Shown here piece by piece: positions 9,591 to 18,514 of a stretch of 35,944 nucleotides of DNA; within the stretch, counting starts at the first letter, position 1, and the number at the start of each line of letters is the position of its first letter. The DNA comes from an uncultured Terriglobus sp. (lineage in GTDB: Bacteria; Acidobacteriota; Terriglobia; Terriglobales; Acidobacteriaceae). A program made the translations under genes and the position numbers. The stretch spans positions 9,953 to 45,896 of the forward strand of contig CALMRM010000015.1 in NCBI GenBank assembly GCA_937871605.1. Direction: 5' to 3'. The notes below the pieces were generated by a model, which searched no databases, was not told the origin of the DNA, and saw only the letters and a program-made list of their open reading frames with translations.

Positions 9591-11297
9591 TTGTCACGCC
9601 GTTCTGAAATCGCAACCGCCAGCCCACTCACCGCCGAGCAACACAGTATGTTTTCGACATGCCTGTTGCCGTGGTACCGCATGGTAGCGCGGGTGCTGCC
9701 GTGGCGCGGCATACAGGACCCGTACCGTACCTGGCTTTCAGAAATCATGCTGCAGCAAACGCGCGTGAGCGCTGTGCTGGAGCACTATGCCCGCTTTGTG
9801 GAGCGCTTTCCCACCATGGTGGCGCTTGCCCTGGCACCCGAGAGTGATGTGCTGGCAGCGTGGAGCGGCCTAGGGTACTACCGCCGCGCGCGCATGATGC
9901 ACCGCACCGCCATCTTGCTGGTGCAGGAGCACGAAGGCGCCCTGCCCCGCACCGCGGCTGAGCTGCGCCGCTTGCCCGGCATTGGCGCGTATACCTCTGC
10001 CGCCATCGCCAGCATCGCCTTCGGGGAGCACATTGCCGTGGTCGACGGCAACGTGGAGCGGGTGCTGCTTCGCATTCTGGGCCAACCGGAGCAGGGGGGC
10101 GTTGCTGGCGCGGAACTGCTCAACCGGGCCGCGCAATCCCTGGTTCCCGAACGCGACCCAGGCGACCACAACCAGGCCATGATGGAGCTGGGTGCAACGG
10201 TGTGCCTGCCGCGCGGCCCGCGTTGCGACGCCTGTCCGGTGTTTGCCTGCTGTCGCACCCAGGGCGAGCACAGCACCCTCCAGCGCGCGCCCATGCAGTC
10301 CCGCCGCGTCACCTACGCGCTGACCACGCGCAAAGCCGAGGGCGGCATCGCCCTGGAAGTGCTTCTGCAGCATCGGCGCGCGGACGCCCCGCTGATGCCG
10401 GGCATGCTGGAGCTGCCGGAAATTGCATTGAGGGAGCCTGTCGGAGCCGGTACGGATGGTGCCCCCGCCCTGCTGCTGCAGCAGGAGCCCGTGCTGCGGG
10501 TGCGCCATTCCATTACAGGCACCAACTACTACGTGGAGATCGTCGGGCTGCCCCATGAGCGGGCTGTCGAGAGTGTCGTGCTGCGCCGTGGGGACTGCGA
10601 ATGGGTGCCGGTACGCAGCCTGCAGCAGCGCCCCCTTACCGGGCTGGCACGCAAGGTGCTGCAGCGGTTGCGCCTTATGCAGTCGCTGGTGCCTGCCGCG
10701 GTGCCCGATGTACCCCTCCTGATTGGCCGCGCCAGCCGCATCGACGCTGGCGAGGACGCCGACGGTAAGCGCCGGGCCCGCACAACCAAGGACTCCCTAC
10801 TGCAGTCCATACACAACAGCGCTGGGCAACCGGCACAGCAGCACGGCAAGGAGACACATTCCATGGCAACAGAGCGGAGCAGCAGCGCAGTCTGGCACGG
10901 CGGCCTGAAAGATGGCAAGGGCACAGTCAGCACAGGTAGCGGAGTCCTGAAGGATCAGGCGTACACCTTTGTCTCGCGCTTTGAGAACGGCAGCGGCACC
11001 AACCCGGAAGAACTGATTGCCGCGGCACACGCGGGCTGCTTTTCCATGGCGCTTTCTGCCGAACTGGAAAAGGCGGGCAGCAAGGCGGACGAGGTCGCCA
11101 CGACCGCGACCGTGGTGCTCGAATTTGTGAACGGTGCGCCCACCGTAACGGCAATCAACCTGAAAACCGACGCGGTGGTACCGGGACTGGACGAGGCGAA
11201 GTTCCAGGAGATCGCAACGGGTGCCAAAGAAAATTGCCCGATTTCGCGCCTGCTTGCGGCAGCCAGCATTACCCTTGACGCCACGCTCAAGGCGTAA
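9591..11297 (+). CDS. mutY: A/G-specific adenine glycosylase; the frame has no stop before osmC, so the ORF runs to 11297 (start uncertain: TTG 9591 or ATG 9648)
   Basis: SEIMLQQT, WSGLGYYRRA, HhH LPGIGAYT, VVDGNV, C-x6-C-x2-C-x5-C Fe-S motif, Nudix-like C-terminal domain ending near 10680. Confidence 0.9.
   Translation: MSRRSEIATASPLTAEQHSMFSTCLLPWYRMVARVLPWRGIQDPYRTWLSEIMLQQTRVSAVLEHYARFVERFPTMVALALAPESDVLAAWSGLGYYRRARMMHRTAILLVQEHEGALPRTAAELRRLPGIGAYTSAAIASIAFGEHIAVVDGNVERVLLRILGQPEQGGVAGAELLNRAAQSLVPERDPGDHNQAMMELGATVCLPRGPRCDACPVFACCRTQGEHSTLQRAPMQSRRVTYALTTRKAEGGIALEVLLQHRRADAPLMPGMLELPEIALREPVGAGTDGAPALLLQQEPVLRVRHSITGTNYYVEIVGLPHERAVESVVLRRGDCEWVPVRSLQQRPLTGLARKVLQRLRLMQSLVPAAVPDVPLLIGRASRIDAGEDADGKRRARTTKDSLLQSIHNSAGQPAQQHGKETHSMATERSSSAVWHGGLKDGKGTVSTGSGVLKDQAYTFVSRFENGSGTNPEELIAAAHAGCFSMALSAELEKAGSKADEVATTATVVLEFVNGAPTVTAINLKTDAVVPGLDEAKFQEIATGAKENCPISRLLAAASITLDATLKA
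10863..11297 (+). CDS. osmC: OsmC family peroxiredoxin
   Basis: Own AAGGAG RBS (10848-10853); TNPEELIAAAHAGCFSMALS and AKENCPIS. Confidence 0.93.
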   Translation: MATERSSSAVWHGGLKDGKGTVSTGSGVLKDQAYTFVSRFENGSGTNPEELIAAAHAGCFSMALSAELEKAGSKADEVATTATVVLEFVNGAPTVTAINLKTDAVVPGLDEAKFQEIATGAKENCPISRLLAAASITLDATLKA

Positions 11298-11312
11298 GTC
11301 GATCGTCCGGGG

Positions 11313-11380
11313 TCAGATCACTTCCAGGGCAAAGCCGGTTGGCGACAGGGTCAACCGGCTGCGCTGACGGTCTGATCTGA
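11313..11380. terminator. Long hairpin between convergent osmC and the methyltransferase gene
   Basis: TCAGATCA/TGATCTGA outer arms and AGCCGGTTG/CAACCGGCT inner arms; no clear U-tract. Confidence 0.45.
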
Positions 11381-11384
11381 GGGA

Positions 11385-12698
11385 TTAACTCACCTTGAGG
11401 ATCAGGCACTTGAGGTAGCCGGTTTCTGGCAGGGTCAGCACCTCGGGATGGTCAGGTGCGGCACCCCGCAGCTCTACCAGCCGCACGGTACGCCCCGCGT
11501 CGGCTGCGGCGCTGGCTACCGTTTCCAAAAAGGCCGCCCGCTCCACGTGGTGCGAGCAGGAGCAGGTCACCAGTGTGCCGCCAGGGCGCAGCATGCGCAG
11601 GGCACGCAGGTTCAGTTCCTTGTAGCCGCGCATGGCACTCTCCGCAGCGCGCTTGCTCTTGGCAAAGGCGGGCGGGTCGAGCACCACAGTGTCGAAGCGG
11701 CGGCCCTCCGCATCGTAGGCGCGCAGCAATTCGAATGCATCTGCTTCTATCCATTCGACTTCGGCCTTGATCTCCGTGCGATTGAGGTGGAGGTTGCGCT
11801 CGGCGACCTCCAGCGCGGCCCGGCTCTGGTCTACCCCGGTCACGTGACGGCAGGTTTGCGCCAGGTGTAGCGCAAAGCCGCCCTGGTAGGTGCACACATC
11901 CAGCGCTTCGCCATGGGCGTACGTGGCTGCGGCCGCGTAGTTGAGCCGCTGATCGAGAAAGGCCCCGGTCTTTTGGCCGCTGTTCGCGTCGTAGTGGAAC
12001 TGGAGGCCGTTCAAGCTGAAGATGGTTCTGCCGTCCATCTCGCCCCGCCGAAAGAGCGGCTCCTGGGGTGACGCAGGCAGCTGCTCCAGCTCACGGATGC
12101 GCGGGTCCGGGCGCTCCACGATGAGGCTGACGCCGTGCACGGCCAGTTCGCGGAGGAGCACCTCGCGTACATCGTCCTTTGCCGTACCCTGCGTAAGTAG
12201 TTGCAGGACAACGACATCGCGGTAGCGGTCGGCCACAATGCCGGGCAGGTTGTCGGCTTCGGAGAAGATTAGCCGGGCTGAGTCCGTGCCATGGTAAAAC
12301 ATGGGCGCGCGCAGCTGTACTGCTGCCCGAACGCGCTCTGCCACGTCCTGCAGGTACTCACCCCGGCTCACGCGCGGGTGGCCGGAAACCTTGCGCAGGG
12401 CCAGCTGAGAGGCTGCGCTGTACAGGGCCGTGCCCAGCGGGATGCGGCGGCTGTCCAGCAGCGTAAGGAGCTCGCCGGCAGCCACATTTGCCCGGCCCAG
12501 GGCGGGGATGAAGCCCTCCACGTCTGTCCGGTAGACCCACAGGTGCCCCGCCCGCAGCCGGTCCGCGGCGCGCCGGCTCACCACCGCCGCGGGGCCGCTC
12601 TCGTCCGCCTCCAGCAGCGCCGGCTCCCGACCCTCAGGTGACTGAGGCGAACGGGTTGGGCGGTGTCGATGTTTTTTAGGTGCCGCTGCGGGTGCCAT
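11385..12698 (-). CDS. rlmI: Class I SAM-dependent rRNA methyltransferase (RlmI/RlmK-like, PUA + MTase)
   Basis: GHLWVY, SEADNLPGIVADRY, GQKTGAFLDQR, VVLDPPAF, TCSCS, YLKC. Confidence 0.85.
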   Translation of the reverse strand: MAPAAAPKKHRHRPTRSPQSPEGREPALLEADESGPAAVVSRRAADRLRAGHLWVYRTDVEGFIPALGRANVAAGELLTLLDSRRIPLGTALYSAASQLALRKVSGHPRVSRGEYLQDVAERVRAAVQLRAPMFYHGTDSARLIFSEADNLPGIVADRYRDVVVLQLLTQGTAKDDVREVLLRELAVHGVSLIVERPDPRIRELEQLPASPQEPLFRRGEMDGRTIFSLNGLQFHYDANSGQKTGAFLDQRLNYAAAATYAHGEALDVCTYQGGFALHLAQTCRHVTGVDQSRAALEVAERNLHLNRTEIKAEVEWIEADAFELLRAYDAEGRRFDTVVLDPPAFAKSKRAAESAMRGYKELNLRALRMLRPGGTLVTCSCSHHVERAAFLETVASAAADAGRTVRLVELRGAAPDHPEVLTLPETGYLKCLILKVS

Positions 12699-12939
12699 GT
12701 CTCGTCCAGTTTCGCATGGCCGATGTGCACCGTACGCGGTGCAACATTGCAGGTGCTTCAGCGTGCAGAAACGCGCTCTGAGGTATGCAAATGTGCATTC
12801 TTTGGCACAAGTTTTTACCGTTTGGTGCATGATACGGCGCATTCTGCGCGCGTAGAGGACACTTCTTGCGTGCTACAAGCGCGTGTCTGCAGTCATTAAT
12901 GACTCCTTCTGCACGGTAGCTGCCGAGCAGAAGGAGGTG

Positions 12940-15222
12940 TCACCGATTCTTCAGGTGGCGGTCGAAGAAGTCTGCTGCCCGCTGATACGCGTCGACCCAG
13001 TCGCGGTGCAAGAGGAAGTCGTGGACCTCGTCCGGGTACACCTTCTCCTCGACCGTGACCCCCTGCGCCCGGAGCGCGGCAGCCAGGCGGACCGTCTGAC
13101 CGAAGAGGACGTTGCGGTCGTCGTCGCCTTGCATGAGCAGGACCGGGCTTTTCCACTTGGAGACATCGGCCATGGGCGAGGCTTCGAACGCGACCTTGGC
13201 TGCGGCAGAGGTGTCGTGTGCCGGGTCGCTGGTGGGCTTCCACAGGTCGAGCTCGTAGCTCCAGTCGTGCACGCCGTGCAGGTCCACGCCGGCCGCGAAG
13301 TCGGCGGAGTCGCGCGCCAGGGCGAGAGCGGTTAGGTAGCCTCCATAACTACCTCCCCACGCGCCGATGCGACGGGTGTCGCACCAGGGCTGCGCCTTCA
13401 GCCAACGGACCGCGCCCTGGATGTCCAGGTACTCCGACCCGCCGAAGGCACCGTAGTGCTCTGCCTGCCGAAATTCCATGCCGTAGCCGATGCCGCTGCG
13501 GTAGTTGATGCTAAGCACGGCATAGCCGTGGTTGGCGAAGTACTGGTTCAGTTCGTACGTCTGCGCGTAGTACTGCATGGAGTTATAGCCGAGGACCATC
13601 TGACGGCGCGAACCGCCGTGGAAGAAGACGATGGTCGGGAGTTTGTCGGTAGGCTTTGCGTTTGCAGGTAGGAAGAGTTGCGCGTGAATTTGCAGGTTGT
13701 CTGTTGCTGGGAAGATAACCTGTCGCGAAGCAATAAAGCCTTTGCTGGCAATGGGCACAGGAAGTAAATCTGCTGCCAACGGTCTGACAAGAGCCATAAG
13801 TTCCGTACCTTCACAGCGCGTGCCAAGCGGCGCGTTGGGTGCACAGCGCGGCATGCTCACCGGCCCACCTGGTGACTCAGGGGAGTCATACAGATAAGGC
13901 TGGAAGGGTGAGCTGTCGCTGGCGCCCATGTATGCAGTCTTGCCGTCTGCCAATAGTGCGGGCTCAGTCTCCAGGCCAGTGCCCGACGTCAGCAACACAG
14001 GTAAAGCTCTCGACGCTTCAATCATCCATAGATGCTTGCGATCGGCATCGGCAGCTCCTTCCGCCTGCTGATTGCTGCTGTAGACGATGCGCTTGCCATC
14101 AGTAACTACGTTATCTATTTCGAAGTTGCCAGGGGTCAGCAGATGCGCCTGCTTTGCCCCCGGTGCGAGTGCGTAGAGGTGCAGCCAGCCGGTCTTTTCC
14201 CACGGGAAGACGAGGCGGTTGTCGTCCATCCACAGCAGCTGAATTTTCGCGACCATCTCGTGGAAAAGTGAGCCGGTGCCTGCGTCGGCCTGCCACACCT
14301 GTCTGCCTCTCCCGCTGGCAACATCAGTGATGCGGATGGACCAGGGCACGGCGACAGAACGCATCCAGCGCAGGTCAAGCTCGTTGACGACCGGGCTCTC
14401 GCGGATGAATGCGATGTGCTCGGAATCGGGCGACCAGGCTGCGTCGTGGTCCAGGCCGGTACCGGGGTCGATGTAGGTGAGTGTTTTTGTTTGCAGGTTG
14501 AAGAAGCCGATGAAGCTGTGGTCGCCTCGGTTCGAGGTGAAGGCGAGTCGTGCGCCGTCGGGTGAGAGGCGAAGTTGCGAGGCGGAGCCGTGCGCGTAGA
14601 CGAGTTGCTGCGGTGTGTCCTTCGTCGGCATTGCTGCTGCGGAAGAAAGCAGGTCCTTCGACTCCGCTGCGCTTCGCTCAGGATGACGATCCAAGAGTGT
14701 GGCGTTTAGCGATGTTAGGTTTGCGAACCATATCTGGCCGTGGCGGATGAGATAGATTTGCTTGCTGTCTGCGGAGAAGAGCGGGCTGTGGCCTTCGCCG
14801 ATGACCGTGACTGCGCCGCTAACCGTGGCCACTTCCACCTGCTGCTTCACCTCCTGCTGCAGGTGGGCGGGGTTGGCCGCAGTGGGGTGCTCGCTACCCT
14901 CGGCACCCGTGCCGCGGGTGTAGGCGACGGCTTCCGCGTCGGGCGACCAGGTGATGCTGTCGATGTCCTGGCCATCGTCCTCGGTGTAGTGGGTGATGGG
15001 GTGTGCAGCTTCCGTGGGCGAGGCGACCCAGACGTTGCGGCGGCCCTCCTGATCGACGAACCAGGCCACGCGAGCCTTGGCGGGCGCGGCGGTCAGCTGG
15101 TTCATGAAGGGTGCGGAGAGCGCCTGCTCTACCGTGAACTGCTCCGGCACGGCAACGTGAGCCTGTTGTGCGGCGAGCAGAGGCGCGAGGCATAGCAGGA
15201 AACACAGGCGACAGAGTGGCAT
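12940..15222 (-). CDS. Secreted S9 (prolyl oligopeptidase/DPP-like) peptidase: beta-propeller plus alpha/beta hydrolase
   Basis: Signal peptide; WSPD propeller repeats; GGSYGG nucleophile, DDRNV Asp, EVHDF His. Confidence 0.93.
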   Translation of the reverse strand: MPLCRLCFLLCLAPLLAAQQAHVAVPEQFTVEQALSAPFMNQLTAAPAKARVAWFVDQEGRRNVWVASPTEAAHPITHYTEDDGQDIDSITWSPDAEAVAYTRGTGAEGSEHPTAANPAHLQQEVKQQVEVATVSGAVTVIGEGHSPLFSADSKQIYLIRHGQIWFANLTSLNATLLDRHPERSAAESKDLLSSAAAMPTKDTPQQLVYAHGSASQLRLSPDGARLAFTSNRGDHSFIGFFNLQTKTLTYIDPGTGLDHDAAWSPDSEHIAFIRESPVVNELDLRWMRSVAVPWSIRITDVASGRGRQVWQADAGTGSLFHEMVAKIQLLWMDDNRLVFPWEKTGWLHLYALAPGAKQAHLLTPGNFEIDNVVTDGKRIVYSSNQQAEGAADADRKHLWMIEASRALPVLLTSGTGLETEPALLADGKTAYMGASDSSPFQPYLYDSPESPGGPVSMPRCAPNAPLGTRCEGTELMALVRPLAADLLPVPIASKGFIASRQVIFPATDNLQIHAQLFLPANAKPTDKLPTIVFFHGGSRRQMVLGYNSMQYYAQTYELNQYFANHGYAVLSINYRSGIGYGMEFRQAEHYGAFGGSEYLDIQGAVRWLKAQPWCDTRRIGAWGGSYGGYLTALALARDSADFAAGVDLHGVHDWSYELDLWKPTSDPAHDTSAAAKVAFEASPMADVSKWKSPVLLMQGDDDRNVLFGQTVRLAAALRAQGVTVEEKVYPDEVHDFLLHRDWVDAYQRAADFFDRHLKNR
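14628..14689 (-). repeat. REP-like family A half-element inserted in frame in the S9 peptidase
   Basis: 14646-14689 matches intergenic 24906-24949 at 42/44 nt; translates as RHPERSAAESKDLLSSAAAM. Confidence 0.85.
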
Positions 15223-15537
15223 AGGAAGTCCTTCAGCAGGGGTGGGATGAGGATACCGCCTGTGCCTGAGAGGTGTGGCCGCTGCTTCGTGCAACAGAGC
15301 GCAACGCTTGCGCGCATGACGGTGCAAAGCAGGGATGCGGGGAGCATGCAAGGACGCTAACGAGAGCACACGAAGGAATGGAGTTATGGCGTGCAGCGGA
15401 CCTGAGGTCTACGTTCGCTGGACCGCTGAGGAAGTGATATCAGCTATTTCGCCAGGAGCCTCATTCTGCGAAGAGGCATGGCTATGATTTGGCTTGTGTG
15501 GCAGCAATGCCGCACTCAACCCTCCCCCGGGATGCTC

Positions 15538-16077
15538 ATGAAACGTCTGTTTCTATCTGTCTTTTCTGTAGCCATTGCGTGCCTGCTTCTCCCTTGTCAC
15601 GCGTCCACCATGACGCTGAATTTCAGCTTCACCGGCAGCTCTGGCGGATCCGGTACTGTGGTTGCAACCTCGACCATCCTTGCCAATGAGTACCTGGTCA
15701 CCGCGATCAGCGGCACGGCCGATGGGTCTGCCATCAAGGGTCTGCTGCAGCCGGGCAGCTTTCCTGCTTTCTATCTGCCGACGAACGACAACCTGGTCTT
15801 TTACCCGGCCACGAACGGCGTCTACCTGGACATGAGTGGGATCGCCTTCACCAGTGACGCAGGCATGTTCTACAACCTCTACTACAACGGCACCTCCTAC
15901 CAGGAGGTGGTGAGCTCAAACCTGCAAGGACCGGCGCTGAAGCAGGGTTCCGCCTCCGGCTTTACGCTTGCGCCAAACGCAACCGTCGCGGTGACGCCAG
16001 AACCTTCCAGCCTGGTGCTGCTGGGCACGGGTGCACTGGGCATCATGGCCACGCTCAGGCGGCGCGTTCAGAGATAG
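15538..16077 (+). CDS. PEP-CTERM sorting domain protein
   Basis: Signal peptide; C-terminal VTPEPSSLVLLGTG-TM-RRR. Confidence 0.93.
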   Translation: MKRLFLSVFSVAIACLLLPCHASTMTLNFSFTGSSGGSGTVVATSTILANEYLVTAISGTADGSAIKGLLQPGSFPAFYLPTNDNLVFYPATNGVYLDMSGIAFTSDAGMFYNLYYNGTSYQEVVSSNLQGPALKQGSASGFTLAPNATVAVTPEPSSLVLLGTGALGIMATLRRRVQR

Positions 16078-16177
16078 CTGCCACGGGCGTGTGTAGCCCT
16101 CACCCACACGCACGATCGACGATCTACACGCGGACGACGGAGACGTGACCGTGCGGCACGCTTGTCATGGATGGAAG

Positions 16178-16435
16178 AGCAGAACGCGAAGGGCGCGAAG
16201 GACGTGCACGCCAAGGTCGCAAAGAGTTCGAGTTACTAGCGACGTTCGCGTAACCATTGCACGTCCCTTGTAACCTCCGCGTGTCCTTTGTGAACTCCGC
16301 CTGTCCCATGCACTTTCGCCTCTCACTTGCACTTTCGCGTAACCATTGCACGTCCCTTGCGACCTTCGCCTGTCCATTGCACTTCGCGTGTCCGTTGCGA
16401 CCTTCGCGTACCCTCCGCGACCTTCGCGTTCTGCT
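16178..16435. repeat. Expanded palindromic element (family C, CGCGAAG-type)
   Basis: Termini AGCAGAACGCGAAGG.../...CCTTCGCGTTCTGCT shared with 28108-28205; internal 26-bp direct repeat at 16245-16270 and 16334-16359. Confidence 0.8.
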
Positions 16436-16444
16436 TTTCCTGGC

Positions 16445-18085
16445 TTACCGCAGAGCACAACCGTTTTGCTGGAAGGCGTGGATGGCAGGGGCATCCGGGT
16501 TGAGCGGCTGCACCTTTGCGATGGTGGCTTTCTCACCCGCGCTATCGCCGGTGCGGCACTGCAGCAGGACGAGGTTGATGCCCGCGGCGGTCTGGCTTGG
16601 ATCGGCGGCGATGAGGGTTTGCAGCAGCGCCTTTGCGGCGGGCACCTCTCCGCTGCCTGCTTCCAGCACGGCCAGGTTGCCGAGCGCGGCGGGTTCATAC
16701 GGCTCCGTTCTAAGCACCTGTTTGTAGGCGATGGCGGCTTCGGCAGGGTGACCGCTGACCTGGTAGAGAAAGCCGAGGTTGAGCAGCACCTGTGCGTCGT
16801 TCGCGCCGTGCTGTGCGGCGTCGGAGAGCAGCGCCAGCGCGCGGCGTCCGCTGGCCTGGTCACCTTGGCGGGCGAATTGCGCGTACGCCAGGCCAAGTTC
16901 ACGCGAGCCGGCGGTGAAGCCGCTCACGGGCATCAGTTCGCCGCTCTTGATGGTGCGCTGCGTGGCGGGCAGGCGCTGGATGTTGTGGTCCACGGCCTGC
17001 TCGTGCGAGATGTCGCTGGTGGTGCGCGTGGGCATGTGGCAGCTGGCGCAGTCGGGCTGCTCCGGGTGGTGCGCCGTGGCGATCTGCGGGCCGGTGTGGC
17101 AGGTGAGGCATTTGCCGCGGTAGAACTGTACGCGCTCGGCGGAGCTGGGTTGGCTGTGCGGATCGTGGCAGGTGGTGCAGGTCAGGCGGTCGCCGCTCGC
17201 GCGCTTGCAGGCACTCTGCAGCATGGCCTCGTACTGGCTGCTGGCGCGCGAGCCGCCACTCCGCTCCGACGCGCGCACGAAGTAGACGGCAAGGTCGTTG
17301 AGGGTGTCTCCGGGCTTGAACTCGGCGGGCGTGCGGCCTGGGCGAAAGATGACGGCGTCACCCTCCAGGTGGCACTGGATGCAGGCGCTGTCGCGGCGCT
17401 CTGGCGAGAGCTTGTCCGGGTTCAGGATGGGGCCGTGGCCGCCTGCGGCGAGGTGTGCGGCTGGGTCGCCGTGGCAGCTGCTGCAGCCGACGCCTGCCTG
17501 CGCGAACGGTGGGTCTGGCAGGGCGTTTCGAGCAAGACCGTTGCTCTTGGCGACGCCAGTGACGTGGCAGTGCTGGCAGGCGGCGTCGCTGGGCAGCGGT
17601 GCGGGCAGCGTGGTGTTGCCGCTGTAGGCGGGTGCCATGTCCCACGTGTTGCGGCGGGTGTAGAAGTTAATGGGCAGCTCCCACAGCATGCCCGCCTGCC
17701 GGTACAGGTAGGTGCGGCCGTGCTTGCCGCTGCCGATGTAGTAGTCCAGCCGGTGTTCGGTCTGCAGCGCGCCGCCGGGTGCGGTGAAGGGCCGCGTGGC
17801 GTCGATCCAGGCTTGGCCGTCCCGCTGGAACACGCGGTAGCTGACGCCGGAGTGTGTGTCGGTAAACGATCCGGGATTGAAGGCGGCGAGGGCTGGTCCG
17901 CTGCCACGGGCCATGCTGGTTTCGCTGTAGCTCTCCACGATGGCGGCGTGACAGCCTGCGCAGGCAGCGTCGGGGTCAGTAGCGGGTGCAGGATGGGGAG
18001 CGTAGCGAGCGTGAGCCGCAGCGGCGCACAGCAGCAGGATGCCGAGGGTGACAAGCCAGTGCCGTGTGTACAGGGGAAGCCGCAT
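16445..18085 (-). CDS. Secreted multiheme cytochrome c (7 CxxCH) with C-terminal TPR-like repeats
   Basis: CAGCH, CQHCH, CSSCH, CIQCH, CTTCH, CLTCH, CASCH; signal peptide; helical TPR-like tail. Confidence 0.9.
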   Translation of the reverse strand: MRLPLYTRHWLVTLGILLLCAAAAHARYAPHPAPATDPDAACAGCHAAIVESYSETSMARGSGPALAAFNPGSFTDTHSGVSYRVFQRDGQAWIDATRPFTAPGGALQTEHRLDYYIGSGKHGRTYLYRQAGMLWELPINFYTRRNTWDMAPAYSGNTTLPAPLPSDAACQHCHVTGVAKSNGLARNALPDPPFAQAGVGCSSCHGDPAAHLAAGGHGPILNPDKLSPERRDSACIQCHLEGDAVIFRPGRTPAEFKPGDTLNDLAVYFVRASERSGGSRASSQYEAMLQSACKRASGDRLTCTTCHDPHSQPSSAERVQFYRGKCLTCHTGPQIATAHHPEQPDCASCHMPTRTTSDISHEQAVDHNIQRLPATQRTIKSGELMPVSGFTAGSRELGLAYAQFARQGDQASGRRALALLSDAAQHGANDAQVLLNLGFLYQVSGHPAEAAIAYKQVLRTEPYEPAALGNLAVLEAGSGEVPAAKALLQTLIAADPSQTAAGINLVLLQCRTGDSAGEKATIAKVQPLNPDAPAIHAFQQNGCALR

Positions 18086-18147
18086 GCATACTGCCAGAGT
18101 GCAAGTGTACAGGTGCGGGTGAACGGGAGACTCTGTAGCGCAGAGGC

Positions 18148-18233
18148 ATAACGCGGGCCTTCAGCCTGCAGCTGGTTTGGTTACCGCTACCTGGGGCTGC
18201 GCCCCAGGCTTTTACAACGCGGGCCTTCAGCCC
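18148..18233. repeat. REP-like element, family B
   Basis: ATAACGCGGGCCTTCAGCC...CCTGGGGCTGCGCCCCAGGCTTTTACAACGCGGGCCTTCAGCCC; conserved blocks closely match 34945-35029. Confidence 0.85.
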
Positions 18234-18257
18234 GGCTCCTGTGCCAACCCCTGAACT

Positions 18258-18412
18258 TGTCATCCCCGACCGGAGCACGCGGTGCGGAGTGGAGGGACCT
18301 GCTGTTCTTCCGGACGGCACTGCTGCTGCAGGCAAAACAGCAGGTCCCCCTTCGTCCGGCTCAGGGCAGGCTTCCACTCCGCTTCGCTGCGGTCGGGATG
18401 ACAAAGGGCAGG
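18258..18412. repeat. REP-like element, family A-related (inverted pair)
   Basis: GTCATCCCCGACCGGAGC...GGAGTGGAGGGACCTGCTGTT versus AACAGCAGGTCCC...TCCACTCCG...CGGTCGGGATGAC. Confidence 0.8.
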
Positions 18413-18514
18413 TGGGCGGCGATGACCTGCTCCTTGCCGGGGCTTACAATGACTGCGGTACGGGCTTTGCCGGGTTGCCTGCGCAGAGCTACTTCAGCTT
18501 TCCAAGGAATGTTT

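Noticed and set aside
12802-12820. Sigma54-like TTGGCAC
   Set aside because: The -12 TTGC is missing and no plus-strand gene follows
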